Shown: one piece after another, positions 9,291-18,292 of the stretch
Layout: each line of letters begins with the position of its first letter
Numbering within the stretch: the stretch's first letter is position 1
Source of the DNA: Candidatus Bathyarchaeota archaeon
GTDB taxonomy: Archaea > Thermoproteota > Bathyarchaeia > Bathyarchaeales > Bathycorpusculaceae
Length of the DNA: 64,000 nt
Reading direction: 5' to 3'
Assembly (NCBI GenBank): GCA_963782525.1
Contig: CAWAKC010000010.1
Coordinates: forward strand, 1 to 64,000
Position numbers and translations under genes: made by a program
The notes under the pieces: generated by a model
The model's database searches: none
Told to the model about the DNA's origin: nothing
What the model saw: the letters and a program-made list of their open reading frames with translations, nothing else

Positions 9291-11798
9291 GTGATTTCAT
9301 GGAAATATACATTTAAACGATTAAATGAAGAATACGAAATAGCTAACAAAAAGAAACAAGCCTTAGACAACCTTTTTGTGACAGGAAAAATTTCTCAAGC
9401 CACACGCGACTCATTCACCGGCGACATCAGCTCAGCAATAGTTGAAATCGAAAAACAACGAAAAGACCTCGCAGAAAAAATGCAAGCAAAAACTCTGGAA
9501 CTAGAAGGCCAACTAAAAACCTTAGAAACTCTCCTCGCTAACTATGAAATCCAGCATGTTGTTGGAGAAATCGACGAGGAAAGCTACGGTCGAGAAATTA
9601 GCCTTCTTTCAAACACTCTTGAAACAACAAGAACCGAATTAGGGATAATAAAACAAGCAATCGACCAAATTTTTCCCTGCGCCCAACCAATTCAAGCTCC
9701 AGAACCAGCTCCAATAATGGAAGCTCCAGTAGTTCAACCAACGGTGGTAGAAGCGGTCCCTTTAGAGGTCCCCGTGGAAGCTACACCTGTTGAGACAGCG
9801 CCAGTTATAGAAACTTGCTCAGTTGAAGCAGCGCCAATTGAAACTGCTCCCTTAGAAGCTCCAGTAGCCGAAGCCGCCCCAATTGAGTGTGCTCCAGCAG
9901 AGACTGCTCCAGTTGTTGAAGCAGCTCCAGTGGAGACAGCGGTCCCTTTAGAGGCCCCCGTGGAAGCTCAAGTTGAGCAAGCCACCACAGCAGCCCCAGT
10001 TGAAACCGCTCCCATAATCGAAAGCACACCAATCGTTGAAGCTCCAGCCGAAGTGGCGCCAGTTGAAACTGCCCCAATTGAGGAAGCTCCAATTGTTGAG
10101 GCTCCAGTCGAAACCCCTACAGAAGCTCCAATAACTGAAACTCCAATTGAAACTACACCAATAGTTGAAGCTACAATCATCGAAACAGCCCCAGCTGAAC
10201 AAGCGCCAATAATTGAAACACCAGTTGAAGCTCCCGCAGCAGTCATTGAAGAAGCTCCAGAAGTCATTGTTGAAGAAGTTCCAACAATAATCATAGAAGA
10301 AGCTGTCCCAATCGAGCAAACTCAAGCAGAAGCCGCTCCAATAGATCAAACCCCGGTCGAAACTGCCCCAATGGAAGCAGCGCCAATTGAAACTGCTCCC
10401 TTAGAAGCTCCAGTAGCCGAAGCCGCCCCAATTGAGTGTGCTCCAGCAGAGACTGCTCCAGTTGTTGAAGCAGCTCCAGTGGAGACAGCGGTCCCTTTAG
10501 AGGCCCCCGTGGAAGCTCAAGTTGAGCAAGCCACAGTTGAAACCGCTCCAGTAGTTGAAAGCATACCAGTTGTTGAAGTAGCCCCAGTTATTGAGGCTCC
10601 AGCAGTTGAAACCATATTAGAAGCTCCAGTAATTGAAGCTCCAATCGTTGAAGAAACTCCAATTGTAGAAGCTGCCCCAGTGGAAGAGGCTCAAGTAGTT
10701 GCAGCTGAGCCAGAAGCAGCAGTTGAAATAGTAACCGAAGCAGTAATCGCAGAGCCAACAGTCGAAGAACAAGTAATCCAAGCCGCTCCAATCATCGAAG
10801 CACCAGTTGAAGTGCCAACCGCAATCGTTGAGGAAGCTCAAGTAGCAGTTGTTGAAGAAGCCGCTCCAATCGAGCAGCCAACAATCGCAGTTGAAGAAGT
10901 CCCAGCACTCACAGTTGAAGCAGCCCCCGCAATCGAAACACCAATCGAAGCTCCAGTAGCAATTGTTGAAGAAGTTCCAACAATAATCTTAGACGAAGCC
11001 GCTCCAGTTGAAGCAGCGCCAATCGAAACTGCCCCCACAGAAGCCGCTCCAATCGAGCAGCCAACAATCGCAGTTGAAGAAGTCCCAGCAGTCGAAATCG
11101 TTGCAGAAGCAGCCCCAGTTGTTGAAGTAGCCCCAGTTATTGAGGCTCCAGCAGTTGAAACCATATTAGAAGCTCCAGTAATTGAAGCTCCAATCGTTGA
11201 AGAAACTCCAATTGTAGAAGCTGCCCCAGTGGAAGAGGCTCAAGTAGTTGCAGCTGAGCCAGAAGCAGCAGTTGAAATAGTAACCGAAGCAGTAATCGCA
11301 GAGCCAACAGTCGAAGAACAAGTAATCCAAGCCGCTCCAATCATCGAAGCACCAGTTGAAGTGCCAACCGCAATCGTTGAGGAAGCTCAAGTAGCAGTTG
11401 TTGAAGAAGCCGCTCCAATCGAGCAGCCAACAATCGCAGTTGAAGAAGTCCCAGCACTCACAGTTGAAGCAGCCCCCGCAATCGAAACACCAATCGAAGC
11501 TCCAGCAGAGACAATCACCGCAACCGAGCCAATTGCAGAAGCAGCCCACGAAGTACAACCCGTAATTGAAGCTCCACTCCAAGACTTCGAAGTAACAGAG
11601 CAAGCTCCAATCGAAACTACCCTTGAAAAAGTCCTTGAAGAACCAGCAATAGAAACTATTTCCTTGGTGGAGGAGGCACACATTCCGGCCCACCCTTCAG
11701 AAGCGCCCCAAGCGGCGCATTCGGAACTGATAACGGAAGCGGACAACAGCGACCAAACCCCCCAAGCAGAAGAAAACGACGAAAACACAACTGAATAA
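9291..11798 (+). CDS. CdvA-like coiled-coil protein with a ~700-aa Glu/Ala/Pro/Val/Ile/Thr repetitive tail
   Basis: KKKQALDNL..GKIS and LLANYEIQHVVGEIDEESY match the CdvA coiled-coil pattern. GTG at 9291 is the likely start (track start 9237). Confidence 0.7.
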   Translation: MISWKYTFKRLNEEYEIANKKKQALDNLFVTGKISQATRDSFTGDISSAIVEIEKQRKDLAEKMQAKTLELEGQLKTLETLLANYEIQHVVGEIDEESYGREISLLSNTLETTRTELGIIKQAIDQIFPCAQPIQAPEPAPIMEAPVVQPTVVEAVPLEVPVEATPVETAPVIETCSVEAAPIETAPLEAPVAEAAPIECAPAETAPVVEAAPVETAVPLEAPVEAQVEQATTAAPVETAPIIESTPIVEAPAEVAPVETAPIEEAPIVEAPVETPTEAPITETPIETTPIVEATIIETAPAEQAPIIETPVEAPAAVIEEAPEVIVEEVPTIIIEEAVPIEQTQAEAAPIDQTPVETAPMEAAPIETAPLEAPVAEAAPIECAPAETAPVVEAAPVETAVPLEAPVEAQVEQATVETAPVVESIPVVEVAPVIEAPAVETILEAPVIEAPIVEETPIVEAAPVEEAQVVAAEPEAAVEIVTEAVIAEPTVEEQVIQAAPIIEAPVEVPTAIVEEAQVAVVEEAAPIEQPTIAVEEVPALTVEAAPAIETPIEAPVAIVEEVPTIILDEAAPVEAAPIETAPTEAAPIEQPTIAVEEVPAVEIVAEAAPVVEVAPVIEAPAVETILEAPVIEAPIVEETPIVEAAPVEEAQVVAAEPEAAVEIVTEAVIAEPTVEEQVIQAAPIIEAPVEVPTAIVEEAQVAVVEEAAPIEQPTIAVEEVPALTVEAAPAIETPIEAPAETITATEPIAEAAHEVQPVIEAPLQDFEVTEQAPIETTLEKVLEEPAIETISLVEEAHIPAHPSEAPQAAHSELITEADNSDQTPQAEENDENTTE
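9825..10534 (+). repeat. Exact 161-bp duplication (9825-9985 / 10374-10534)
   Basis: Direct comparison of the two copies; offset 549 bp. Confidence 0.9.
10566..11505 (+). repeat. Exact 391-bp duplication (10566-10956 / 11115-11505)
   Basis: Direct comparison; identical antisense ORFs at 10588 and 11137; offset 549 bp. Confidence 0.9.
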
Positions 11799-11855
11799 AA
11801 TAAATCCGTATTCTTCTTCTTTTCTTTTTTAGTTTAATCGAATTTATTGTTTAGT

Positions 11856-12590
11856 TTATTTTTCTAGTTGCGATTTTAGCAGGTTTATAGCTGACCATGC
11901 TGCAAGTGCGCTTGTGTGGGGGTTGTCTGGGTGGGGGTCGTTTGCGAATTGCAGGTTCATTTCGCCGTAGCGCCATTTGACGTGGATTTGGTGGGTGTTG
12001 CGTACGACTTTTGGGTCGGATACTACTTGCACTTTGACTTTGGCTGGTTTAACGGTTAAGGCTAATGTTGCAGCTACGTTCATTTCCCTGGGGAACTGTC
12101 TTGCGGCTTCCTCTGCGTAGCCTTCGTAGACGGTTTCTTCTTTGGTGTTGGTTTTTCCGAGTGTTTTTGGGGGTTTGCGGCTGGTCAGTGTGACTTCGTT
12201 GATTCCAGCTAAGGCGGCGGGGGAGAGTGCGTCGAGTCCTCCGATGGCGCCTGAGGGAAAATGCAGTTTAGGGGTGTTTGTGTTTAGATCTAGGAGTGCG
12301 CCTGTACTCATGATGATGAAGTCGATGTTTGCTGCTAAAATTTGGTTGTAGTATTCTCGTACGGCTTGCTGTGATGCTGCCTCAACAATTATTGACGGTT
12401 TGGACGCAAGTAGCTCCTCTACGTTTGGCATGATTTTTACTGGGAATTTTATTTGGTTTTTGAGTTTCTCTGCTTTTGAGGTGTCCAAATCGAAAATTAC
12501 CAGTTCATCACAGACCACCAGTTTGCGTTCGATGGCTTCTGCCAGAACGGTGCCAATGGCGCCGCAGCCAATTAACCCGACGCGTTTCAT
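11856..12590 (-). CDS. nadX: L-aspartate dehydrogenase
   Basis: GCGAIG Rossmann motif, SGAIGGLD, RKPP, NVAA, NPHTSALAA. Confidence 0.85.
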   Translation of the reverse strand: MKRVGLIGCGAIGTVLAEAIERKLVVCDELVIFDLDTSKAEKLKNQIKFPVKIMPNVEELLASKPSIIVEAASQQAVREYYNQILAANIDFIIMSTGALLDLNTNTPKLHFPSGAIGGLDALSPAALAGINEVTLTSRKPPKTLGKTNTKEETVYEGYAEEAARQFPREMNVAATLALTVKPAKVKVQVVSDPKVVRNTHQIHVKWRYGEMNLQFANDPHPDNPHTSALAAWSAINLLKSQLEK

Positions 12591-15100
12591 TTTTTAGTTA
12601 CCGCCCCGAAGACAGCGATGGGAATTACTCCTGGAAACTGTGGTACTTCTTGTCCTTGTCCTGTTTGGGGAATAACTTTGAAGTCTCCTACAACTTTGAG
12701 GGTTCCTGCGATGTCGTTTTTGCTTGTGTTGATTAGGTCGGCGTTTGCTTGGTTTGTGGTGTAGACTTCAAGGGACAGGATGGGAATGTTAAGCGGCAGC
12801 TTTTGGGCGGCTTTCTTTCTGCGCACATCCTCAATCAGAGCCATCACCTTGTCGCCTTCCTCTTCTGCGGCCTTGTCGACAAGCGCGCTGTCCATTTTTG
12901 GCCAAGGTGTGATTTGCAAGCTCTTAAAGCCCTTATCCTTAGTGTACATGTTTTGATAAATTTCTTCAGTCAAATGCGGTGTAATCGGAGCTAACAACTG
13001 CAAAATCTTGTAGAAGACATTGTAGAGGGTTTGTTGAGCAGCTTGCCTTCGCGCTGAATTTTCCGGTTCTACGCGGTAAAGTCGATCCTTAACTGATTCA
13101 ATATAGTAGTCGCAGAATACGTGCCATGTGAAGTTGCGGATGTCTTCGACTGCGATGTTGAATTGGCATTTTTCGAAGGCTTCAGTTACCTTAGTGACTA
13201 GTTTCTCGGTTTTGCTTGTGATCCATTTATCGAGGGGTTGCAAGTCAACCATATCATCTTGCTCTTGGGGTTTGTAGTCGGCTAATAGGTTGCTTGCGAA
13301 GCCTGCGACGTTCCAGAGTTTAACGAGGAAGCGCCTGCCGTATTCAACGTCTTGGGCACGGAAAGGTATGTCTGAGCCTGTAGCTCCTCCGCCAGCAGCC
13401 CACTGCCGAGTCGCATCAGCGCCACTCTTGTTGAGGACTTCAGGTGCCGCAGCGTAGTTTTTGAGGGATTTGCTCATTTTTCTTCCGTCAGCGCCAAGCA
13501 CCATGCCGTTTATGAGGACGCTGTTGAAGGGTCGCTGATCAAATAGTGCTAGGTGGCGTACCATGAGATAGTATGCCCATGTTCGGATGATGTCTGTGCC
13601 TGAAGGGTGCATGCTTGCGGGAAACAGGTGTTTCCAATCGGCGCGGTCAGGCCAGCCAGCGTGGACGGCACAGGTGATTGAGGAGTCCATCCATGTGTCA
13701 AGCACATCGGTTTCGCCCGTGAATTCGTTGCCGCCGCATTTTGGGCATTTGTCGATTCGTGGTTTCTCCATCCTTGGGTCGATGGGTACCCAGCTTTCCT
13801 CTGCAACGATAACTTCTCCGCATGTTTTGCAGTACCACACTGGGATGGGGGTAGCAAATAGTCTTTGGCGGCTGACAACCCAATCCCACTCTAGAGCGCG
13901 TGTCCAATCGATTAGGCGATTTTTCATGTAGTCAGGGTACCAGGGGATTTCGCTAGCGTTCTTCTCGACCGCTTCGGAGAGAGGCATTGTTTTCATAAAC
14001 CATTGCTTTACTTCTAAGATTTCAACTTGGGCTTTGCATCGGTCGCAGACGCCGACTTCATGCTGAATCTTCTCGGTCTTTTCGAGTAATCCAGCGGCGG
14101 TTAAGTCAGCAACGATTGCTGCACGTGCTTGGTTAACATACAAGCCTGCGTATTTGCAGCCTGCTTCACTGATTTTGCCGCTTTCCGTTAGGAGCCTGAT
14201 AACTGGGAGTTTATGTTTTATGACGGTTTTTACGTCTTCTTTGTCGCCGTAAGTACAAATCTGGACAACGCCCGTGCCGAAGCATGGGTCCACTGATTCT
14301 TCGGCGATGATTGTGACTTCACGGTTCATGAGAGGCACAGCGATTTTTCTGCCAATATACTTGCTGTACCGTTCATCTTTTGGGTTAACTTCCACGGCAA
14401 CGCAAGCCGGAATGAATTCGGGTCTTGACGTTGCGATTAATAGAAATTCGCTGCTGCCTTCCAGCTTGAAACGTATGTAATGCAGGGTGCCTTCCTTTTT
14501 TATGTGGTCGACTTCAGCGTCGGCGATGGCGGTTTCGTCACGCGGGCACCAGTTCACTGGATGCGTACCTTGGTACATGTAACCTTTTTTGTGGAGCAAC
14601 ACGAAACTCAATTGTGTGCGGCGCCAATAGTCTGGATCCATCGTCTTGTATTCGGTGGTCCAGTCTATGCTTGCACCCATCTTGAGGATGCCTTCCTTCA
14701 TTATGGCGATGTATTTCTCGACGAGTTCGATGCACCAGGCGCGGAACTGGTCTGGTGGGACATCGCGTTTGCGGATGTTTTTGGCTTTTTCAACTTGGAT
14801 TTCTATGCCTAAGCCATGGCAGTCCCAGCCCTGCGGGAACAGCACGTTGAAGCCTTGCATGCGTTTGAAGCGCGCAACCATGTCAAAATATGTCCAGTTC
14901 AAGACGTTGCCCATGTGGAGTTCACCCGAAGGGTAAGGCGGTGGAGTATCAATACTGAATGGAACCCGTTGCTTGTCATTCCAGTCGTAGTGGTAGATGC
15001 CCATTTCTTCCCATTTCTGCTGCCACTTGCGTTCTATTTCCGTGAAATTGTATTCTTTAGGCATTGGTTGCATGGTTAGTTGACTTCCGATCTTTTTCAT
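12587..15100 (-). CDS. valS: Valine--tRNA ligase
   Basis: IDTPPPYPSGELHMGN, GWDCHG, DVLDTWMDS, KMSKS; true start probably 15073. Confidence 0.97.
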   Translation of the reverse strand: MKKIGSQLTMQPMPKEYNFTEIERKWQQKWEEMGIYHYDWNDKQRVPFSIDTPPPYPSGELHMGNVLNWTYFDMVARFKRMQGFNVLFPQGWDCHGLGIEIQVEKAKNIRKRDVPPDQFRAWCIELVEKYIAIMKEGILKMGASIDWTTEYKTMDPDYWRRTQLSFVLLHKKGYMYQGTHPVNWCPRDETAIADAEVDHIKKEGTLHYIRFKLEGSSEFLLIATSRPEFIPACVAVEVNPKDERYSKYIGRKIAVPLMNREVTIIAEESVDPCFGTGVVQICTYGDKEDVKTVIKHKLPVIRLLTESGKISEAGCKYAGLYVNQARAAIVADLTAAGLLEKTEKIQHEVGVCDRCKAQVEILEVKQWFMKTMPLSEAVEKNASEIPWYPDYMKNRLIDWTRALEWDWVVSRQRLFATPIPVWYCKTCGEVIVAEESWVPIDPRMEKPRIDKCPKCGGNEFTGETDVLDTWMDSSITCAVHAGWPDRADWKHLFPASMHPSGTDIIRTWAYYLMVRHLALFDQRPFNSVLINGMVLGADGRKMSKSLKNYAAAPEVLNKSGADATRQWAAGGGATGSDIPFRAQDVEYGRRFLVKLWNVAGFASNLLADYKPQEQDDMVDLQPLDKWITSKTEKLVTKVTEAFEKCQFNIAVEDIRNFTWHVFCDYYIESVKDRLYRVEPENSARRQAAQQTLYNVFYKILQLLAPITPHLTEEIYQNMYTKDKGFKSLQITPWPKMDSALVDKAAEEEGDKVMALIEDVRRKKAAQKLPLNIPILSLEVYTTNQANADLINTSKNDIAGTLKVVGDFKVIPQTGQGQEVPQFPGVIPIAVFGAVTKK

Positions 15101-15259
15101 CTGGTTAAAGACTAATAACTGTTTAAGTCTTACGCATTAGCCTACCTTAAAGCACTTTATCTGCTTTTGAAATTTTCTTAATCGAGAAACAACGCGAGTT
15201 CGTCTTTTGCAAGTTTTGGGATCTGCAAAACCTAAATATGGCAATTGGCATATTTGATT

Positions 15260-15358
15260 TAGTTCTTGGGGAGCTGGGAAAAGTACCTGGCTGAGAGGAT
15301 GGCTATTGTGCTGTCGACCCTTAGGAACCTGAACCAGGTAATACTGGCGGAGGGAAAA
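15260..15358 (+). ncRNA. TPP riboswitch
   Basis: GGGGA; P3 GCTGGG/CCTGGC; TGAGAG; P3a GATGGC/GCTGTC; GACCCTT; GAACCTGAA; P5 CCAG-GTAATA-CTGG; CGGAGGGAA. Lies upstream of a ThiE-containing operon. Confidence 0.93.
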
Positions 15359-15361
15359 CAA

Positions 15362-15904
15362 TTGAACCTAAATATAACTAGCCAAAAAACTGAAAGTTAT
15401 TCTCCATCAAAAAAAGTAGCGTTAACAGGTGTCATGGCGGCATTAATTGCCGTAACAACAATTATTGCTATACCGTTGCCGCCTCCGCTTTCAACCATAA
15501 ATTTGGCACCCATAATCATATTTGCAGTCAGTATCCTTATGGGTCCAACTGTAGGAGTAACGTCAACAGCTATCGGGTGTGCCATCGGATACTTAGCGGG
15601 AACAAGCATAGGAACAATAATTGTTCCTCCAGGATTTGTTTACATTTACTTGTTTGGTCTAGTTGTTGCCAGGTCACCTATGGCTTTAGCCGTTGGCGTT
15701 TTAAGGAAAAAGAGCGAAATCGCAGGCATGGTTCTGGGTGTTGTTATAGAGACGATGATCTTCTTTGCAATTGACTTTGCTTTGTTCGGAATCGGGTTTG
15801 CAGTTTTCGACTTTGGAACATTCGTGGATTTAGTATTTGTTCCTGTAACTTTCGCGGTGCTTTTAACAGTTAGAAGGTTTCTTGATACAAAGTACTTAAC
15901 TTAG
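15362..15904 (+). CDS. ECF transporter S component (probably thiamine or a precursor)
   Basis: KKVALTGVMAALIAV...INLA..I..MGP pattern, about 5-6 TM. TTG start at 15362 follows the riboswitch (the track start at 15266 lies inside it). Confidence 0.8.
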   Translation: MNLNITSQKTESYSPSKKVALTGVMAALIAVTTIIAIPLPPPLSTINLAPIIIFAVSILMGPTVGVTSTAIGCAIGYLAGTSIGTIIVPPGFVYIYLFGLVVARSPMALAVGVLRKKSEIAGMVLGVVIETMIFFAIDFALFGIGFAVFDFGTFVDLVFVPVTFAVLLTVRRFLDTKYLT

Positions 15905-16588
15905 ATGACAAATATGCAGAACGATTCGAGGTATCAACAGAAACAAACCGCAAATGAATACGAATCGTACTATGAGACCAAATACAAAAGGGCAGACCAA
16001 CTTGAGAAGCACCTGTTAATTAAACTGATAGGTCATTTTAAGGACGCAGAAAACCTGCTTGAGGTCGGATGCGGGACAGCGCATTTTACAAGATGGATTG
16101 ATTCCCAGAGTTTGGTGTGCTTCGGCGTTGATACATCCTCACAGATGCTGCATGAGGCAAAGAAAATGTGGACAAACGGGCGTTTGTTGCAAAGTGAAGG
16201 TAGCCGCTTGCCCTTTAAGGATAAATCAATGGATATCGTCATGTACGTAACCAGCTTAGAGTACATGCCGGATATTTCTGCTGCTTTTTTAGAGGCATCC
16301 AGAGTGTCTAAAAAAGGAATAATCTTAGGACTCCTAAACAAGAATAGCCCCAGCACTCTAAGAAAACAAGTTCAAATCCTAACAAAAGGGGAATCATTCT
16401 ACAAAAACGCACATTTTTATTCCATCTCAAACATAAAAAAGACTTTGAACAAAACCCTTCCAGGAAAGTATGTTATCTCCTTTTGGAGCACCACCGTTTT
16501 TCCCCGAGTTTTCGGAGATTTGGAATCTTCGGTTTTTCCATTTGGCGCTTTCATTGGAATCGCGATAGAATTAAGGGATTCAAAATGA
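15905..16588 (+). CDS. Class I SAM-dependent methyltransferase
   Basis: LLEVGCGTA, GVDTS, LPFKDKSMD motifs. Confidence 0.9.
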   Translation: MTNMQNDSRYQQKQTANEYESYYETKYKRADQLEKHLLIKLIGHFKDAENLLEVGCGTAHFTRWIDSQSLVCFGVDTSSQMLHEAKKMWTNGRLLQSEGSRLPFKDKSMDIVMYVTSLEYMPDISAAFLEASRVSKKGIILGLLNKNSPSTLRKQVQILTKGESFYKNAHFYSISNIKKTLNKTLPGKYVISFWSTTVFPRVFGDLESSVFPFGAFIGIAIELRDSK

Positions 16589-17637
16589 GTGAAACCGGCA
16601 AATTCGCAGTAGATCTAATCGAGAAAATGATTTACCCAAAACTGGGTGCGAAAAGAGCAGAAGTGCTGGTTGGTCCAGGTCACGGTCGTGATAACGCTGT
16701 GGTTCGTTTGGGATGCAATCAGGTTTTAGTTACAACTGCGGATCCTTTATCGGTAATTCCCGCTTTGGGGTTTAAGGATTCAGCATATATTTCTGTTCAC
16801 TTGTTAGCGTCAGATTTAGTTACATGTGGTTTTCAACCACAATTTTTTATAGCCAATCTTAATCTGCCGCCGCAAATGAAGAACGAAGAGTTTGAAGAAT
16901 ACTGGAGTTGCATAAACTTTGAGTGCGAAAAAATCGGCGTAGCCATAATTGGGGGCCACACTGGCAGGTATGTTGGGTCAGATTACACGGTTGTGGGCGG
17001 AGGAGTTATGATGGCGGTTGTCCCAGAAAACAAGTACATAGCGAGTAACATGAGTCAACTGGGCGACATGATTATAATGACCAAAGGAGTTGCCATCGCT
17101 ACTACTGCAATCCTTTCAAGAGTGTTTCCTGAAACAATAAAAAAAACTTATGGGGAACCCTTTTTGGAAAAGGCTAAACTGTATCTTCAAAAGTTTAGCG
17201 TCGTCGATGACGCCCTAACAGCTGCTTCTGTAGGTCTGAGAAATAATGGAGTTTCAGCTATGCACGATGTTACAGAAGGCGGGCTCCTCGGCGCCTTATA
17301 CGAGCTTTCTCAAGCATCCAATATTGGTTTAGAAGTTGACCTATCATCGGTTATTGTTCCCGAGGAAGCAAAGAAAATCTGCGAATTGTTCCAAATTTCC
17401 CCTTACGCATCTTTGAGCGAAGGAACCCTATTGTTAACCGTGAAACCTGAGAAAGCTTCAGCTGTTGAGAAAGCGCTTGATTCGAAAGGGATCAAAAATG
17501 CGGTCATCGGTAAAGTTACTGATACTAAAAAGGGTAAATGGGTCAAAACCGAGGGTAAACGTGAATCTTTGAAAAAACCTGAAGCAGACCCTTATTGGGC
17601 GGCATATTGGAAGGCAAATCGAGAAGGTTGGAAATGA
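16585..17637 (+). CDS. AIR synthase-related protein (PurM/HypE/ThiL superfamily)
   Basis: GPGHGRDNAV, TTADP, SDL, IIGGHT, AMHDVTEGGL; start MSETGK overlaps the MTase stop. Confidence 0.85.
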   Translation: MSETGKFAVDLIEKMIYPKLGAKRAEVLVGPGHGRDNAVVRLGCNQVLVTTADPLSVIPALGFKDSAYISVHLLASDLVTCGFQPQFFIANLNLPPQMKNEEFEEYWSCINFECEKIGVAIIGGHTGRYVGSDYTVVGGGVMMAVVPENKYIASNMSQLGDMIIMTKGVAIATTAILSRVFPETIKKTYGEPFLEKAKLYLQKFSVVDDALTAASVGLRNNGVSAMHDVTEGGLLGALYELSQASNIGLEVDLSSVIVPEEAKKICELFQISPYASLSEGTLLLTVKPEKASAVEKALDSKGIKNAVIGKVTDTKKGKWVKTEGKRESLKKPEADPYWAAYWKANREGWK

Positions 17638-18272
17638 CGCGTTTCCGTAAGCTCGGAGGTTTATATCTTGTTGTTTCTCCAATTTTGCCTTTGGAACGGT
17701 TGCTATTTACCACTGAACGAGCGCTTGGCGGCGGCGTTGACATCCTCCAGGTATCCGCAGAAAAAGAAGCTCAGGACATAACTGTTTTAGCCAGTGTCCT
17801 AGCTGGTCTAGCTAAAAAGCACGATATCCCATTTCTTGTGAACAATAGTTTGGATTTAGCTGAGAAAGTTGAGGCTGACGGCGTTCACTTTGACGCTTAT
17901 GATATTTCTCCTAAAGATGCAAGGCAGGTTCTTGGCAAGGATGCAGTCGTTGGTTACACTGTAAACGTTGATTTGGACAAGATTAAATGGGCAGAGCAGG
18001 TAGATGCAGATTACGTTTCGTTTTGCTCAATCTTTCATCAATGTCCCAGTGGTATATGCCCGATTGTCTCCTTAGAAACGCTAAAAAACGCAGCTTCAAA
18101 CGCCAAGATTCCAGTGTTTGCGGCTGGAGGGATAACCCTGGACAATCTTTTTACCGTTCTCGAAGCTGGCGTGGATGGTGTTGTGGTTACATCAGCTATC
18201 CTTAAATCCGAGAACCCTCAAAACGCCGCAAAGGCTTTCAAGCAAATTATTGGTAGATATCGAGAAAAATAG
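17634..18272 (+). CDS. thiE: Thiamine-phosphate synthase-like protein (atypical active site)
   Basis: GLYLV, FLVNN, ADGVH, ADYV, PVFAAGGIT, VDGVVVTSAI. Confidence 0.8.
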   Translation: MTRFRKLGGLYLVVSPILPLERLLFTTERALGGGVDILQVSAEKEAQDITVLASVLAGLAKKHDIPFLVNNSLDLAEKVEADGVHFDAYDISPKDARQVLGKDAVVGYTVNVDLDKIKWAEQVDADYVSFCSIFHQCPSGICPIVSLETLKNAASNAKIPVFAAGGITLDNLFTVLEAGVDGVVVTSAILKSENPQNAAKAFKQIIGRYREK

Positions 18273-18292
18273 TTGAGAGACTTTGTCAGCTT

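Noticed and set aside
9805-11788. Multiple antisense ORFs over the CdvA-like tail
   Set aside because: Shadows of low-complexity repeated codons
15266-15361. N-terminal extension of the ECF S ORF
   Set aside because: It is the riboswitch sequence; TTG at 15362 is the better start
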